Positions 50,501-64,000 of a stretch of DNA of 64,000 nt are shown here, piece after piece (the stretch's first letter is position 1; the number at the start of each line of letters is the position of its first letter). The position numbers were made by a program, and so were the translations under genes. This stretch comes from Ophelia neglecta (lineage: Eukaryota): positions 60,698,001-60,762,000 of the forward strand of contig OZ260661.1 in NCBI GenBank assembly GCA_965285935.1, given 5' to 3'. The notes under the pieces were generated by a model, which saw only the letters and a program-made list of their open reading frames with translations, was not told where the DNA came from and searched no databases.

Positions 50501-52593
50501 GCTTCATCGTGGTTCAAGAAATACCTTGCTAAACCAATTGCTCTCAATGAAGAGCCTTTTGCTCCTCCAATGCTATTCTTAATATAGCCAAGTCTTATAT
50601 AGATGTCAGACTGCATCAGATTCGTTTTAGTAGACCATGGAAGACTTCAATGCTGCCTTGTTTATCTGGCTACGGGACTTCAATGTGCACAACCCAATTT
50701 TAAATGCCATGGTTGATATCAGATTCAATGTGAATAGCAACCTGTTGCATTCGAATGTGGAAAGCGTCGCATTGGCATATTGTGGAGATTATAGGAACAA
50801 CTTGATCTTCGCAAGGTAATATGCATAATAACCTCGTGGTAGTGTTGTCTCGTGTGTTCGTGTTTTGTAATACAAGCTATTAGATCTGCACTTTATCTAC
50901 ACAATGTAGTATTTACATCATCAACTATAAAAAGTGCATGACCGTGGAAAATCGACAATTTGAATGGTATGAAATGCAGACATATTTATTTCGCATAATA
51001 TTACCATAATTGGTCGGATTCTCTGTGACAATGAATGGACTGGTTAAGCCTAGGAAAACGCGAAAAAATAAATATCACAACACCTGAGGAGTTTGCATTT
51101 CCCGGCTTATCCATATTAACACTATTGTGCGCGCTTTTTCCAAAGGGCAAATGAACCTATCCAATCCATGTATAGCCTTTTACATCTAGACCAACTAAAA
51201 TATGGCCCATAATTATGTCATTTAAACAACGTTTGCATTAATATAATGTGGAAGATGCTTAATTTGGTATATCCCATGCACATTTTATCATTAGGTATAT
51301 AGTTTATAGTTGATAGGGCAAACACACTCACAATATTCAGAATTTTTACAAACGGCCTCGGAAAAAGGCATGACAGAAGGTTTTAACAACACCTAAGTTT
51401 AATTTCATTAAATACATTTCTTCACACATTCGCCCACATTATTCATTCTAACCCCAATCATACAATTATGTATTCACAATATGCTACACCAATGAAAATA
51501 ATTTTCAGATACAACTGATACTAGTTTTTCATAAGGAGGTAATATCATGTTCCTTTGGTAGAGGCTTTCAGACGACTTCCTTTAGCGCATGCGCAAAGAC
51601 TTCTAGTTGAGATTTCATATCACTGATCACCTAACACTGTAATAATTTCTACTAAACAGTCATTAACGCCCTTCACCAGTTAATGATTTCTAAGATTTAC
51701 GTTTCGAATTTAGATCTATGTATTAATGTCTGCAACTTTGGTAAATTATATATAATTATGATCTTTATACCATCCTCGAGAGTTTTGTTACTAAGCTATG
51801 AAAATGTAATGGGTTTGTAATAAGTGGCCCAAGCTTATAACTTTGAACTTAAATTCCATATTTACACAAGTCATTAACTCATCAATATTTCTCTGTTAAG
51901 GTAAAGAAAAAACTTCTCCGACAATAGTCTGTTGTTAGTATAATGATGGAGTATTATTAGTGGTTTTATAATGGTCAGAAATGAGAGGGTGTCTGTCATG
52001 TTGAAGGCGTGGGACGTGTGCCATCTCTCTGCGGGGAGTGTGGGAGCTCAGCCTTAACCCCTCCTCAGGGAAGAGACACACATATCCTACACCCTGTAGG
52101 GGCTGCCTTCTGACACCTGACCCCATACCCACTCCCCCACCCCCCTTCTCCACATCCGCCTGGGCTTTTACTCTCCAGAAAATGCAGATCAGATCAAATG
52201 GGGCACAATACTAATGGCTCTAAGCTACATCTACACAATATTATGCAAGGGAAATAATTGGCTATTAACTTGTACTATACAATTATCATTATTAACGTAT
52301 GCAAATGATCGGACAGACACTGGATAACCTCGCCTTGTATATTGAAAGCATGCTATACACTCGTTTAGATCAAGAATCGGATATTCATAATGCTACTTTT
52401 CACCCTAGATACAAACATAATGACACTCACATATGTGTGTCTATAATTTTCTGCACCAATCAGCGCACGTGTAAGTTATCTTCAAGATGAACAATAGCAA
52501 AAGAAAATTCAAATGACAAACTATAGTATAGATGCAAGTATAAAATTCCGACATAAGATTTTAAGTGTTGGTTTTCAACATGTGCTGGTTAAT

Positions 52594-52621
52594 GAATATA
52601 TATATATATATACACATATAA
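52594..52621. repeat. (AT)n microsatellite
   Basis: gaatatatatatatatatacacatata. Confidence 0.85.
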
Positions 52622-53102
52622 AGACAGATAATGAGATACGGAGATAAGAGAAATGTTGTAGTTTTTTACAACGTATGATGCCCTGAGATTTCTTGAGTCG
52701 ACCGATTTGTTTGACAGTTTTGTGCATTTTATATTATCGATAAAATAAAGGTTATTTTCTGCCCACTTTAACATGCCTTGCGTTTGTATCACCAACTTCA
52801 TATCGGCTGATTACCTGTAGCGTCTCCTGCCACTTAGAGAGCTGTTTGGCGAGGCTGTCCGACACCCTCAAGTCTGTTTCTTCATCCAGGGAAAAAGTCA
52901 TTTGCAGGTTCGGATTTTCCTAAAGTACCTGGTGTTTCATTGGTCACAGAATCTACTTTACGTGAATTCAGCTTTAGAAACTTATTTTTCACATCGTAAA
53001 AGTACTATTTATATTATGCCAAATACTGTCTTACAAAACGGACTTTTTTCACCCACAATTTCTCATGGTGAATTCACAGCAATAGTCTATTTATAAATAT
53101 GT

Positions 53103-53108
53103 TTTATT
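53103..53108 (-). terminator. Candidate proximal Lox5 polyadenylation signal AATAAA
   Basis: AATAAA on the minus strand about 40 nt after the TGA. Confidence 0.3.
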
Positions 53109-53149
53109 TATATTTGGAGCGAACAAGTCTTTTGTTGAGTATCTTTTTA

Positions 53150-53521
<372 letters not shown>

Positions 53522-55146
53522 TTAATCTACAAGCCAAACTCCTGGTTAAAAAGCTACAAATGCTATAATATTAGTTCATTTTAATCATAATACAGCGTCT
53601 TAATCATGTGAACATTAATTATTTATTGTGAACAATATAAGGTATTCGATACGTGCCATTGGGAATATTTTTCATAAAACTCTTTGAACATTCATGAATC
53701 GTTTAAAACTTGGAATATTTGGTTATGCATATTCCGAGACGAATTCATTTCAATATTCAAAACTTTAAATAGAACAAAGTTTGTTTCGGGGTCCTTTTCA
53801 TTCCGGCCTGCTTGTAAACAAATGCCGGGTCGCTTTTAGTTTTAAGTTTATTTTTTCTTCAAATCGGAAGCTTTGCTTATTTGGGCTTAAAGAATTGGCG
53901 CAAAAATTGGTTCAATATCCATTTGTGATGTAAATTGACTCATTTAATGTATCCGTATTTATTTTGTGTTTTTCTTAGCATTAACTTATATTTCTTTCAG
54001 AGTAAAATCATAGTGAAAAAGAACCAACGATGTTGGCTTGAAACTTGGAAGGATTTATTATCATTTCATTGTCTGAGGCGTTTTTAGCAGACGATATCCG
54101 TTTGATCTACTGTTCAGTATATTGGCCCTAGTCCCAGCCCCCTCGATTGAGCACATAGTAGAAAAGCCCTTGACAACGGCCTCGAATGAGCCTGAGGGCC
54201 AGGGTCTGGTATCGCCATAGCCATTAACTATCGATGAACTGAGCCAAGCTTTTACTGGAATTGCCTGTTGTGACAGGCCGCCGCTTGGCATACAAAGACA
54301 TGTAGTGAAATGTGTAAAAGGATAATGTTTATATTCATCAGTGACCATTTTAGACTTCTCTCAGCATGGACCCTCTCCAAGTGGTACACCTCACTGATTT
54401 CTTTCTAATTGAACCTTCCTATCTTTTCTTCGCCAGTCATCGTGATTGTCACCTCTTGTTGTTTTGAGTGCGTTTGGTGCAAATGCTCTGTGATTTTTTT
54501 TAACTTACGATCAAACTCTCTTTAGAAATACAAATATGTATGGTGTTGAATAATTATTATAACAAAAACCTTGTCTAAAGCTTGGCACAGTCACCTAGGC
54601 AATCAAGCAATGGTTTTCTGTATGTATAGCCATATTCTAAAAGCTACTGGCAGTTTAGCAAAAAACTATGTATTGTTAATAACTGTACAGTCTACTTTTC
54701 CTGCATTCTCGATATACTGAACGCAGGCCTAAGCAACACCAACATTCTGACCTTCTCTGACCCCGGCCAATGAATTATGCCAAATGCAACCAGTCATGGT
54801 GAGGAGATGAAATGTTGTACCGACGTGAGGATAATTTAGTGTTGTAGTTGGTACGCTCTATCTCTTCATGGCCTACAGCTAGCCTATCTCAATCTGACCC
54901 CCGAGCAACTCCCAACAGAGCTATTTTTTTATAGGGACGGGGAACTAGGTACCTTTTTGGCGTAGGAAAAAGACTCGCTGGCTAACTTCACTACGGACTG
55001 AATGAGTTCAAATGAAAAACAAAAATGCTGTTTAGCATGGCACAGGTTTGGTATAGAATCGAACCGAGAACTTTCTCGTGCATTCTCTTTGCATTCCAAC
55101 GCGCAGAGCAGAACCGAAGTATTCGATTTCCCATCCTGGTAGTCAA

Positions 55147-55163
55147 TGATTAATGGCAGACGA
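55147..55163. promoter_or_regulatory. Pbx-Hox site abutting a GCAGACGA motif in the Lox5 intron
   Basis: TGATTAATGGCAGACGA. Confidence 0.4.
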
Positions 55164-55507
55164 TCGCCTCCTTGGCTAAACCCAATATTGGTTGGCTTGA
55201 AATGGAAACGCCAAAATGCATTTCATAGGCAAGCAGATCTGATCCACGGTGGCCAATCAATACGACAACTCGCTCACATTGCTAGCGATTCTGATGCCTA
55301 TTATAGACTCAACTTTTGATAGATATTGTCAATCTGTCATAAGAGGGCTTGGAACTGAATGTAAATGAACTTACAAGCCGCGTGAAAACTCTAAAACGCA
55401 CACGAGAGTAGCTAGGTTTTTTTGGCATTCGATCCCAGTGTGCCTCTAATCTATCAATTTCTATCTGCTTAGACACAGAGTTGATTCATCATAAAATTAG
55501 TAAAACA

Positions 55508-55660
55508 CTAGTCAAGCTAGCAGCCTTGACATTGGATTGGCTCCCTGAATTTGAATCCAGGTCAGGCCTGACCCATTCAGAGGCTGACCATAAACATGCC
55601 AGTCCAAAATATAGCCTCTATATATACCATCCTGTTGGGTTAGTAGAGCTGTTGCCTAGC
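55508..55660 (+). mobile_element. Possible decayed tRNA-derived SINE
   Basis: A-box-like TAGTCAAGCTAG and B-box-like GAATTTGAATCC at tRNA-like spacing. Degenerate, single copy, boundaries uncertain. Confidence 0.2.
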
Positions 55661-58600
55661 AACCGAGTATCGAGTTACCATGGCAATGAGCAATGAGCAG
55701 GACCACCATCCGGTTGATCATAGAGAGATGGGCGTAGAGATGGTCGGTAATTTGGGTTATACTAATGATGAGTGGGGCTTGCCTTTCAATCCTATTACAA
55801 AAGCCATACGAAGTGATTGAGTTTGGCTCATCTGCTGGCCTCTGTCCTGTGAGATCTGAACAGCAATGTCAGAGATACAATCGCCAGGTCACAGACGCCA
55901 GCACAGCAAACCAACCAAAGGATCATCCCAATCTCATTAGCACCACTCCCTTTTAGCGTCGACTGCTCGGAGACATTTAATTACCATGGACTATCTAATC
56001 ATCGGTTCGATTATTTCTCTGGAATGGTTAAGATATTGCTGGGCAGGTAGCACGTGTTTTCTGATTATGAAAACCATCCCTTGCAATATTGCTTCGGGCA
56101 CAACTGAGTACAGCATATGACCAATAGGAATCTAGGTCATTGGAGATTAAGCTTCTTTAGGCCAATTGCGGTGAACAAGATATGGATTAGATTGGCTTGG
56201 GGTATGCCATTCATACCTACAGAAAAGGGACACCCACGAGCCATTAATCTTTACAAGTATGGGTCACTACAGCAAAGCAATATACAGGTCATTGCGACTA
56301 AATGATGTATCAATCTTGCACACTGACTGACCCTGCATGGAAGCACAATCAGCTCCATTCTATCCAGATTTGGGGAGGCCATTACATTCAAAGTCGCCCC
56401 TCAACCAGGATGGCTATATGAATTGCATCTGGATTTGTATTCTGCACCAGCTACTAAAGATAATGTTGCGGTCATGCCAGATGGAGCGTGGACCGGGCAG
56501 CAGATTCGGGAAAAGTATCATTACAGTTGATAAACCTACAGCTTAGCAATAGAAGGTTTCGAGTACAAATAGTATAAACGAACCAATCCCTGGAGATAGC
56601 TATCTAAGCCTAAGCAAAGCTCCCAGTACTACAATATAGATGTAAGTCTCCCTTGTCGGGGGTTTGAACACATGGTGTCACCAGGTGCAGACCTAATGGC
56701 TCTTTTTTAACCTTACTATCTTTCTCCGCCATTGTAAAGCGCAGCGGGGGCCTGTCACTGACCATTGACTTTTATGACTTCGGATCAATGCAGGGGTCGT
56801 CCATTTTATGTGCATGTATACTAACTTTGACTCTTAAATGGCATTCACGACAGATTTGTATATATATTTTTCAGTCTTGGGCTATTTATCATTGATTGTT
56901 ACACTGTCCCAAATCTGTTCTAGCGTCTCAAATATATATTTGTCTTTTAATATTCTCTCACATATCTACACGTAGGACTTATTAAGGTTTTATTAAAATA
57001 TTAACCACTGCAGTTATTAAACCAATTTTATGAAATAAATATTCCTATTTTATTTCGTTGGTACTTAAGATACCTGTAGTTTATGTATATTTATATATTT
57101 ATATATATATAATATGTAGTTGACGCTATGAATAGGTTAGAGCCTCGCTTCAGATACAGGATAACAAATATAGATCACCATATATCATGCAGCAAACAGC
57201 TGGCATATTTACAAAAAAGAACAATGATTGCCTTTCTGTCTGGCCGTACTATAAAATGTCAAAACACACAATTAATAATGTCTTGTTGAGAAACTATATG
57301 GATCAAACAATAAGGTATATCGATAGCTCTTGATAGGCCAGAGCTGGTGCAATGCCCATTGTTCTTAATTGAATGCAATGAGAAATTGTTGGTCTTTCTG
57401 TTAGACATTTTAATTGATTTCCTTTCAGTCAGCTACAATTCAAGATATGTTCAATGGAAACAAATGTTTAGGTGCGTGCTAAACGTGTTGCTTTTTTTTC
57501 AAAGCTTGCATGTCCAAGGAAGGTCACACCTGAAAGAATACTGCCGCTTCTCGAATTTTGATGACAATATTTCATTCATGTTGTACAAGTATAGGCCTAT
57601 ATCTATAAAAGGAAAACAAAGTGACCGGTATACCGACGACAGTTTAATTTGAACGTTTCTCATCGACCAAATATTTCTTAAGAATTTCAAATCAATTGAG
57701 TTGACTTTCTTCAAACTTAACTTGTAAAAGAAAGTATGTTTTCATTATAGTCTATCTGATCAAACTAGCTGATAATCTCTCTAGAACATCTTTGGTTTCT
57801 GATTTCAGTTCAATTCACCCTTAGGGTTGTAAATGTGCTAAGATTGTCCGGTTTCTTTGGGCCAGACACTGTGCATGATTGTATCTTAACATCATCGTAT
57901 AACCGACTAGGGGAGGTAAAGAACAACTGCTATGTTTTCAACGAATTTCCCTCAAGTTATTTGGCAAAGTATTACCACACCAACACATTAATCAAACTAC
58001 CGCTGTCTACCTATCACAAATATAAGTTTTTATGAGTCTTTTTTTTCTGATTGAGGTTTGGTACAACTAGTCGAACTCTGCCATGTGTGCAAGTGAACTG
58101 TAGCGGCTGCTAGCCAGACATTTCTCATGTATTAGTTTCCTGGCTATTATGTTCGAAAAAGTTACGCGGGAAAGCTGATTTTTTCACGGTCTGTGCCCGC
58201 TTTAAACATCGCCTCCAGGTATTCAGGGAGGCCACTAGGTAGCTGTTTTAACTTTACCCATTTTATTCGAATTATCCGTTGATCACTTGTGTGCTATACA
58301 CAGTTGGCCACCGAGCTTTACAAATGACAATGTTCGTTACCATCACCGTAATGTAAGTATTCATTGGTAGTCAAAAAGCCATTATTTGTTCTGACCATAA
58401 ATCCATTGAAATACCAGTATTGTCTGAGAGACTGGCAGACGATAGCTGGAGTGACAGCACGTACCATAATGCACGCGGCCAGCCCAAACGAGCCATGTCA
58501 AGCTTGATTCAGGGACAATTGAAAATTCAACTCATATTAGCCAAAGTCATCATTCTAGAGGTTTCCTTTACGACCGTGCAACGTTTGATCGGATTATGAA

Positions 58601-59041
58601 ACCCCCAGCCAAGTGCGCGCAGATGCATGCCTGTGTCGATTTGATATTAATGATTCATTAAGATTCGGCTAAGCTCTTGCTGTAAGATTTAAAACAAATT
58701 GCTGACCCGAAACGAGCTTAGAGCAACTGTCAAGTAATCACCAAATAAGTGAAACTGCCTTGTAGCCACTTCAGATAACCCCTAACGCGCGAACGAATGT
58801 AACAACATGATGTGTAACATTGCATGTGAACATTGTATTCCCTTGTTTTCAGTCTTCATTACCATGTAAATTAAGCACTACCTGTGTGCACAAAAATGTT
58901 GCTTGTGGCCTGCTATAGACTGGTTATAATTATGACAATGTTTTCTCCAACTATCAGGCGACCTTGATAAACCTAACTGGGTTACCTACTACGAATAACG
59001 ACCTCGCGGGGAAGTTGTGAACATATCATTTCTGCCAGGTA

Positions 59042-59059
59042 CCATTAATCAACTTGTCA
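59042..59059. promoter_or_regulatory. Pbx-Hox plus Meis site in the Lox5 intron
   Basis: CCATTAATCA (reverse complement TGATTAATGG) at 59042-59051 with TGTCA at 59055-59059. Confidence 0.45.
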
Positions 59060-60581
59060 AATTTACACGTAACATTAGTCATACTTCTATCTATTTTTGA
59101 ACCAAGACTTTGTGGCCAAAGGTGTCGTCTGACCCAGCATCGGTTGCTTCCCCAGGGTGTTACATACCCATTAGATAAACTTTTTACAACTTTTCGTATG
59201 TAGCACTGTCATATGTTGGCCATTCATCATTTTCTTCGATAAATATTGTCGTGGGCGTTCCTAGTTTTGAACACAGCAGTAAGGTTGTATTCTACTGATA
59301 GTCTAAAACATAAATAAGTCAATTTAGTCTGAAGGTGAAGGCGTGAAGTGGAAGTAGACAGTTTTATTAGTCAAAAAAGCTGAAAGGTTATATAGGCTGA
59401 ACAAATAAGTTGAGTATATTTAGTTAGAAGGTAAGTGGTCACGACGGTAGTAGATTTAAAATGTTGGTGTTTTCATTGGGACATGTTTAGATATATTGAT
59501 GAGTTCGTCTGTTAGGAAACTGGACTAGAATTAGCGGTGACTGGACATGAAGAAGTCAAGATAGGAGCAATAGGGGCCTTGCCCTTGGTAATCATTACTT
59601 CCAGTCAGAGCAGGCGACAAGGTCAGGAATTCAAAGGCAAAGTTGCTTTTGAGTGGAATTATACGGCCGTAAAAGAGTAATGTGTTTAGGTCAGGACCTT
59701 TGTAGGACTTTAGACAATGAAAAATGGTGTCCGAATGCTTAACACATCAACCCCGGCCGAACCGGGTACAGCGGCTACAGAAGTTGAGTGCCGCTGGAGT
59801 TTGGCCTCACCTGTTCCCCCATAAGCTTCAAATTATACCCCAGCAGAAATAGCGGCGAATGGTACCAGAGACCTTAATGTAAATTTGCCATTTAATTTAG
59901 CCACTTTGTCACCTTACATAAAGCCATTAAGAGGCCACAAAGGGCCTCCTTGTATGTTATTGCCATACGGTCCACTCTTGCCTGTAGCCATTTTGCTGGA
60001 CGTTGATCATAAGCCTATCGTTAATGTCATCCTTAGCACTGCTTATGAATTATTAATCAGAAGCATGCAACGATTCATATTGAATACATTTCTTATGTAC
60101 AATAATGATGAATTAACTACACAAATATATCAAGCCCCACAGACTTGTGAGTTACTGTGGTCCAGTCCTAGCCGCAAGAGTAAGGAATGTTTCGTACTAT
60201 TTTGGCATCATACGCAACCAGAGGGCAACTTCAGGAAAGTAGGCCAAAACTACAGAGTGCAACTGCCCATAAACTCTCGAGTTTGCTTAGAAAGAGCTAG
60301 AAAAATTAGGTGAACAAGAAGTGATTAGGCACGATTTAAGAGGCGAGAAGAGGCAAGCTGGTTCGGGCCAACGGCTAATGGTCAGCGGGCCCTGATAGTG
60401 TGTCCACCTAATGGCCAGTTTCACATCTAATTGCCACGGTCGGTGAGCCCGCTGACCACGGCTATCGCCAACCCGCAGCGAGCCTCCCTCCTCCCGTGAT
60501 GGGACGCAGGGGGCGATATTACAAGAACACAGTGACAAAAACATAAACACATGACGTAACCTCAAACAAGGCTGCACTTAC

Positions 60582-61074
60582 CTCCGTTCATAGGCCGCAT
60601 CCAGGGGTAGATGGGTATGTTTTGGGCCTGTGCTGCATGGCCCATACCATTAACCATTCCTCCCAACCCATTGGCGTTGAAGTGAGACACCATTCCACTT
60701 TGGTGATGAGAGTTGCTTAAACTTGCCGGAGAAGACACCATAGAACTTTCCTGCGGCAGTTTACAATTGTTAATGTCATCGGAGTACTGTCCGTTTTGGT
60801 GCGTTGGCAGTGTATAGTTTGGTACTGTTGCACTCTGGTATGAGGTTGTAGTAACATTGAAGCCTGACTTTGAGGTGATGGGGTTGATGTCAATGCGGTC
60901 ATAAGGGGGAAACCTCGGAAATCCGGGGTGCCTCACCTCTCCTTCTCCGTATCCCATGTTTTGCGCACTCGTATAAAAGTTCGAGTCAAATTTCCCTTCC
61001 GAGTTGAGAAAAGTCTCTTGAGTGGCACCGCCCGGCAAGTTGGCCGGTAAAAGGTTCCCGTAGTATGCACTCAT
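60582..61074 (-). CDS. Lox5: Lox5 Hox gene, coding exon 1 (N-terminus to YPWM motif)
   Basis: ATG at 61074 begins MSAYYGN (a Hox SSYF-like N-terminus) and the exon ends ...NIPIYPWMRPMNG. It is followed by a phase-1 donor G|GTAAGT at 60582/60581. The ORF-track start at 61221 is a GTG in the upstream open frame. Confidence 0.95.
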
Positions 61075-61172
61075 AATCTTGTTCAAATGCACTATGATTT
61101 GTTGCAGTGCGTCTACTCTGTGTACAACATGTCGTTCTGAATGACCAAGTAATATCTGGCTGTAATATCGGC

Positions 61173-61372
61173 CACGTGACTCGAGTGACCAATCCCTAGT
61201 AAGGCACTGGTCATATGACACGGAGCAGGCCGAAGTGGTGCGCTGAGAGATGGATGGGCGCGTTGGAAGTTAATTACCAGCGGGCCCACGGCTCGGGTCA
61301 GCGGAGGCGTGTCACTGCTAGCCCGGGCTAATGCGTATCGTGCATAACCTCTGGACCGCGCCGGGTTTTATA
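61173..61372 (-). promoter_or_regulatory. Lox5 promoter/5' region (E-box and CCAAT module, upstream TATA box)
   Basis: CACGTG at 61173-61178 and CCAAT at 61189-61193 (10-nt spacer); minus-strand TATAAAA at 61372-61366 in CpG-rich sequence. Confidence 0.6.
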
Positions 61373-62801
61373 CTAGGAAGTGGTCAGCCGGGGGTGTGCG
61401 CAGCTCAAGCTGCCCACTCGAGTAGTAGGCCCTGGGTCGATTCACCAATCGAAAAGCTCAGCCGCTGCCCAGCTCACGAATCCTGGCCTCTTGCACTGGC
61501 CATGCAATAAATACCACGCAGTTTGATTGACATCTCCAAACTCATTCTTGATGCGTTGAGCTTTGTGTGAATTTCACGGTTCATAAAGTGAGAGCCCGGC
61601 CAACCATCACTGGTCGCACTAACTACAGGCCGGTACATCCCGCCTGGCCATCTACGCGCGCAAACCTGGACAAACTGTCTCCAAACAACTACCACCATCT
61701 CTTATATAAAGTTGAATAGAAAGTTATGGTCAGTGAATCTAAATTAGAAGGGATATTTTATGGCACATTCCTACATGGTACTAGGCGTACACAAAACAAA
61801 AGGAATCTTCAATTTATTTCTTAACTTGGTCCTATGTTCATCAACGGCCCTGGGAAACTTTCACAGGCATGACCAACCAATTATTTTTACTAACTGTTGT
61901 AAAATGAAGACTGACCAGAAGCAATAAAAGGTATTTTGAATACTGTGTAATGTTTCCTAATGCCCAATATTGCAAAAAAGAATGTCCATAGCCCTCAGCA
62001 GTCCCTCTGTCCACTATCTGAACTGACCGCTGCAATTGGACTTAATTTTCTAACTGTCCAAGATCAAAGATGATTAACCCCCTACCGACGACACATTAAA
62101 ACACAGGTATCCAATCCAGACAATTTGAATTTGCAGAGATTTCTTATTTTCTCTGATTCATCCAAAACACGTGTTTTAACATTTGAGTATGCCCAAACCT
62201 GCAGTCTGACTTGTTTACTCATACGTGTTACTCATACCGGAAGTGAATCATACTCTTTTTATTACGTAATGCCTTCATTAAAACACAACTTCTTGTGCTA
62301 GACAGGTATCGATCCGCATGCGAGCATTTGAAACACATCGTGTTTATCTCTCAAACCATCTTAATTGATTTTAAAGAGTATGTTTTTGCCCTTTTTATTG
62401 TTCATAAATGAGCTTTAACGTGAATGTCGACTCGTCAATGATCTCTGTACAGTACAAAAGAACTGTCTGTTTTGTCACAGTAGTCCTCATTACCATCATA
62501 TTATAGACATTAATCTTCGATGAGATCTTCACAACCCTTTCACCTGCATGTACGCACTATTGTCGTTTGTTATTTTGTGAAATATGGAGTTCAATAACTC
62601 TGCAGACAAAGAATGAAAGAAGCGCCTGAAAGAAGCTTTGAGTAGATATACATTTTATTGTTCAGTGTCAGCTGCTCATCAGTATCACAATATTAATTAG
62701 GAAAAAAAGGGCAACAGCCCTTTAGTAAGAATATTTTTCATAGTTATGAAGGATCGTGGGTAATAATGATGTGGCCATGCACTGGCCGATTTAGAAGGGG
62801 T

Positions 62802-62892
62802 GGGTTGGGAGGGGTGGGCTGGCGTAGGGTTGGGAGGGGTGGGCTGACGTAGGGTTGGGAGGGGTGGGCTGACGTAGGGTTGAGTGGGGTGG
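62802..62892 (+). repeat. 25-bp G-rich minisatellite, about 3.6 copies
   Basis: Unit GGGTTGGGAGGGGTGGGCTG(G/A)CGTA at 62802, 62827 and 62852, with a partial degenerate copy at 62877. It is followed by a G10 run and, at about 62986-63002, a poly-C run. Confidence 0.95.
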
Positions 62893-64000
62893 CGTGGGGG
62901 GGGGGTGCGTACGAGCATGCAACACATTTTCTCTGTCTACAAGCTGTTAAGGGCGTGTGATGGGCATCCGTCCCCTCCCACATTACCCCCCCCCCCCCCC
63001 CCGAGATATCCATGGACCGTCCCAAAACCTCTAAATACTAGCAGAGTCCGTTTTTTAAATTTCTAGATCGCTCAGTCAATTACAAGCCCTTATGGCGAGC
63101 AGTTCTGGAATGAGGTAAGCATTCGACATGTGGCGAGGTGCATTGTATCCCTATTAATTTGTCTCCCTTCTTTGGAACTCTCAAAACTATTTCAAATATT
63201 CCACACAACCCATCTCATGATAAAGGTGGCATTGTTTCCTCTATATCAGCGCCCAATAAAAAAAAGAAAATGTTGGATGACTTGGGATCTACCGGAGGGA
63301 ATTAAAATACTATTTTGTTTTTCCTTCATAAAGAAAAAAAATGATTAATTGGCGCCCAATTTGTCTTTATCTATTTCTAGTTGTTTAGCATACTATCATA
63401 ATTTGGTGCGACGCCCTCGGATGTTTCTTCCAGTCTAGAAGGCCTCCTTTTTGTAGCTATGGGAGCGGATTGGATTGGAAATTCTTTGAACCATTTCTAT
63501 CTCACATAAAAATACATTGATTCGAGAAATGTGATGTTTCACAGCAGATAACATTTTGTTTTCTCCTTGTTTTTGACTGATAAGGACCCTCCCCTGATTG
63601 ATCACATCCGGGTCCCTAAAACCATGGAATTCTATTTCTCCATCTATTATAGATAAGTGCGTATTGATAGAAAGAATCCAGAGGAGCAAATGAGTCTAAG
63701 CAGCCTGGTCCTAAATTTCCAATATCCGATCAATATAAATTCACTCCTTTCGGCAGCCATGTCCATTGCCCCTGTATGAGGGAATCATAGACACAATTAT
63801 CACCGTAGGATTCAAAAAGAGGCTGCTGAAGAAGTCAAAGGTCACGAAATTCCGAGCACCCATGGAAAAATCTGTTCGAAGCAGATCCTCCAATATTTTT
63901 AATCTACTTCATTCTTCGGGAAAAAGTAATTGCTCTCGAAATTCAATATATGGAAGCAATCATAAAAGTTTAAAAAAATGGAATTCATATAAATAAAGTT

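Noticed and set aside
51585-51594. NRF1-type palindrome GCGCATGCGC downstream of Lox5
   Set aside because: Isolated single motif with no supporting CpG island; insufficient to call a promoter.
59885-60313. 142-aa plus-strand ORF in the Lox5 intron
   Set aside because: Non-ATG start and no recognisable homology; it overlaps a likely regulatory TAAT-rich block.
61075-61221. N-terminal extensions shown in the ORF track for Lox5 (and 36164-36217 for Scr)
   Set aside because: They start at GTG, and the conserved Hox N-termini (MSAYY, MSSYF) mark the likely true ATGs.
62697-63066. Pro-rich and Gly-rich ORFs upstream of Lox5
   Set aside because: Translations of the G-rich minisatellite.

Overview
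AT-rich animal genomic DNA from the middle of a lophotrochozoan (mollusc/annelid/brachiopod-type) Hox cluster; the species cannot be named from sequence alone. Two complete two-exon Hox genes lie on the minus strand in canonical order. Lox5 has CDS 61074-60582 + 53499-53150 (280 aa, YPWM motif, homeodomain, diagnostic KLTGP peptide); its exon 2 is absent from the ORF track. Scr/Hox5 has CDS 36163-35542 + 27173-26893 (300 aa). The rest is non-coding, with few recognisable transposons and many regulatory-looking islands; Dfd/Hox4 is expected beyond the left edge. The strongest unexplained signal is 10 same-strand AGGGUAA heptamers within 833 nt of the presumptive Scr 3'UTR. This is the seed match for seed-shifted miR-10-family microRNAs and suggests a posterior-prevalence-type repression circuit on Scr. 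Other signals: an E-box/10-11 nt/CCAAT module shared by both Hox 5' regions that recurs at 11.2 kb with no coding gene; a GCAGACGA octamer in at least 16 copies; a tandem G-quadruplex minisatellite upstream of Lox5; and Pbx-Hox and nuclear-receptor site clusters. All motif counts were made by eye and are minimum values.
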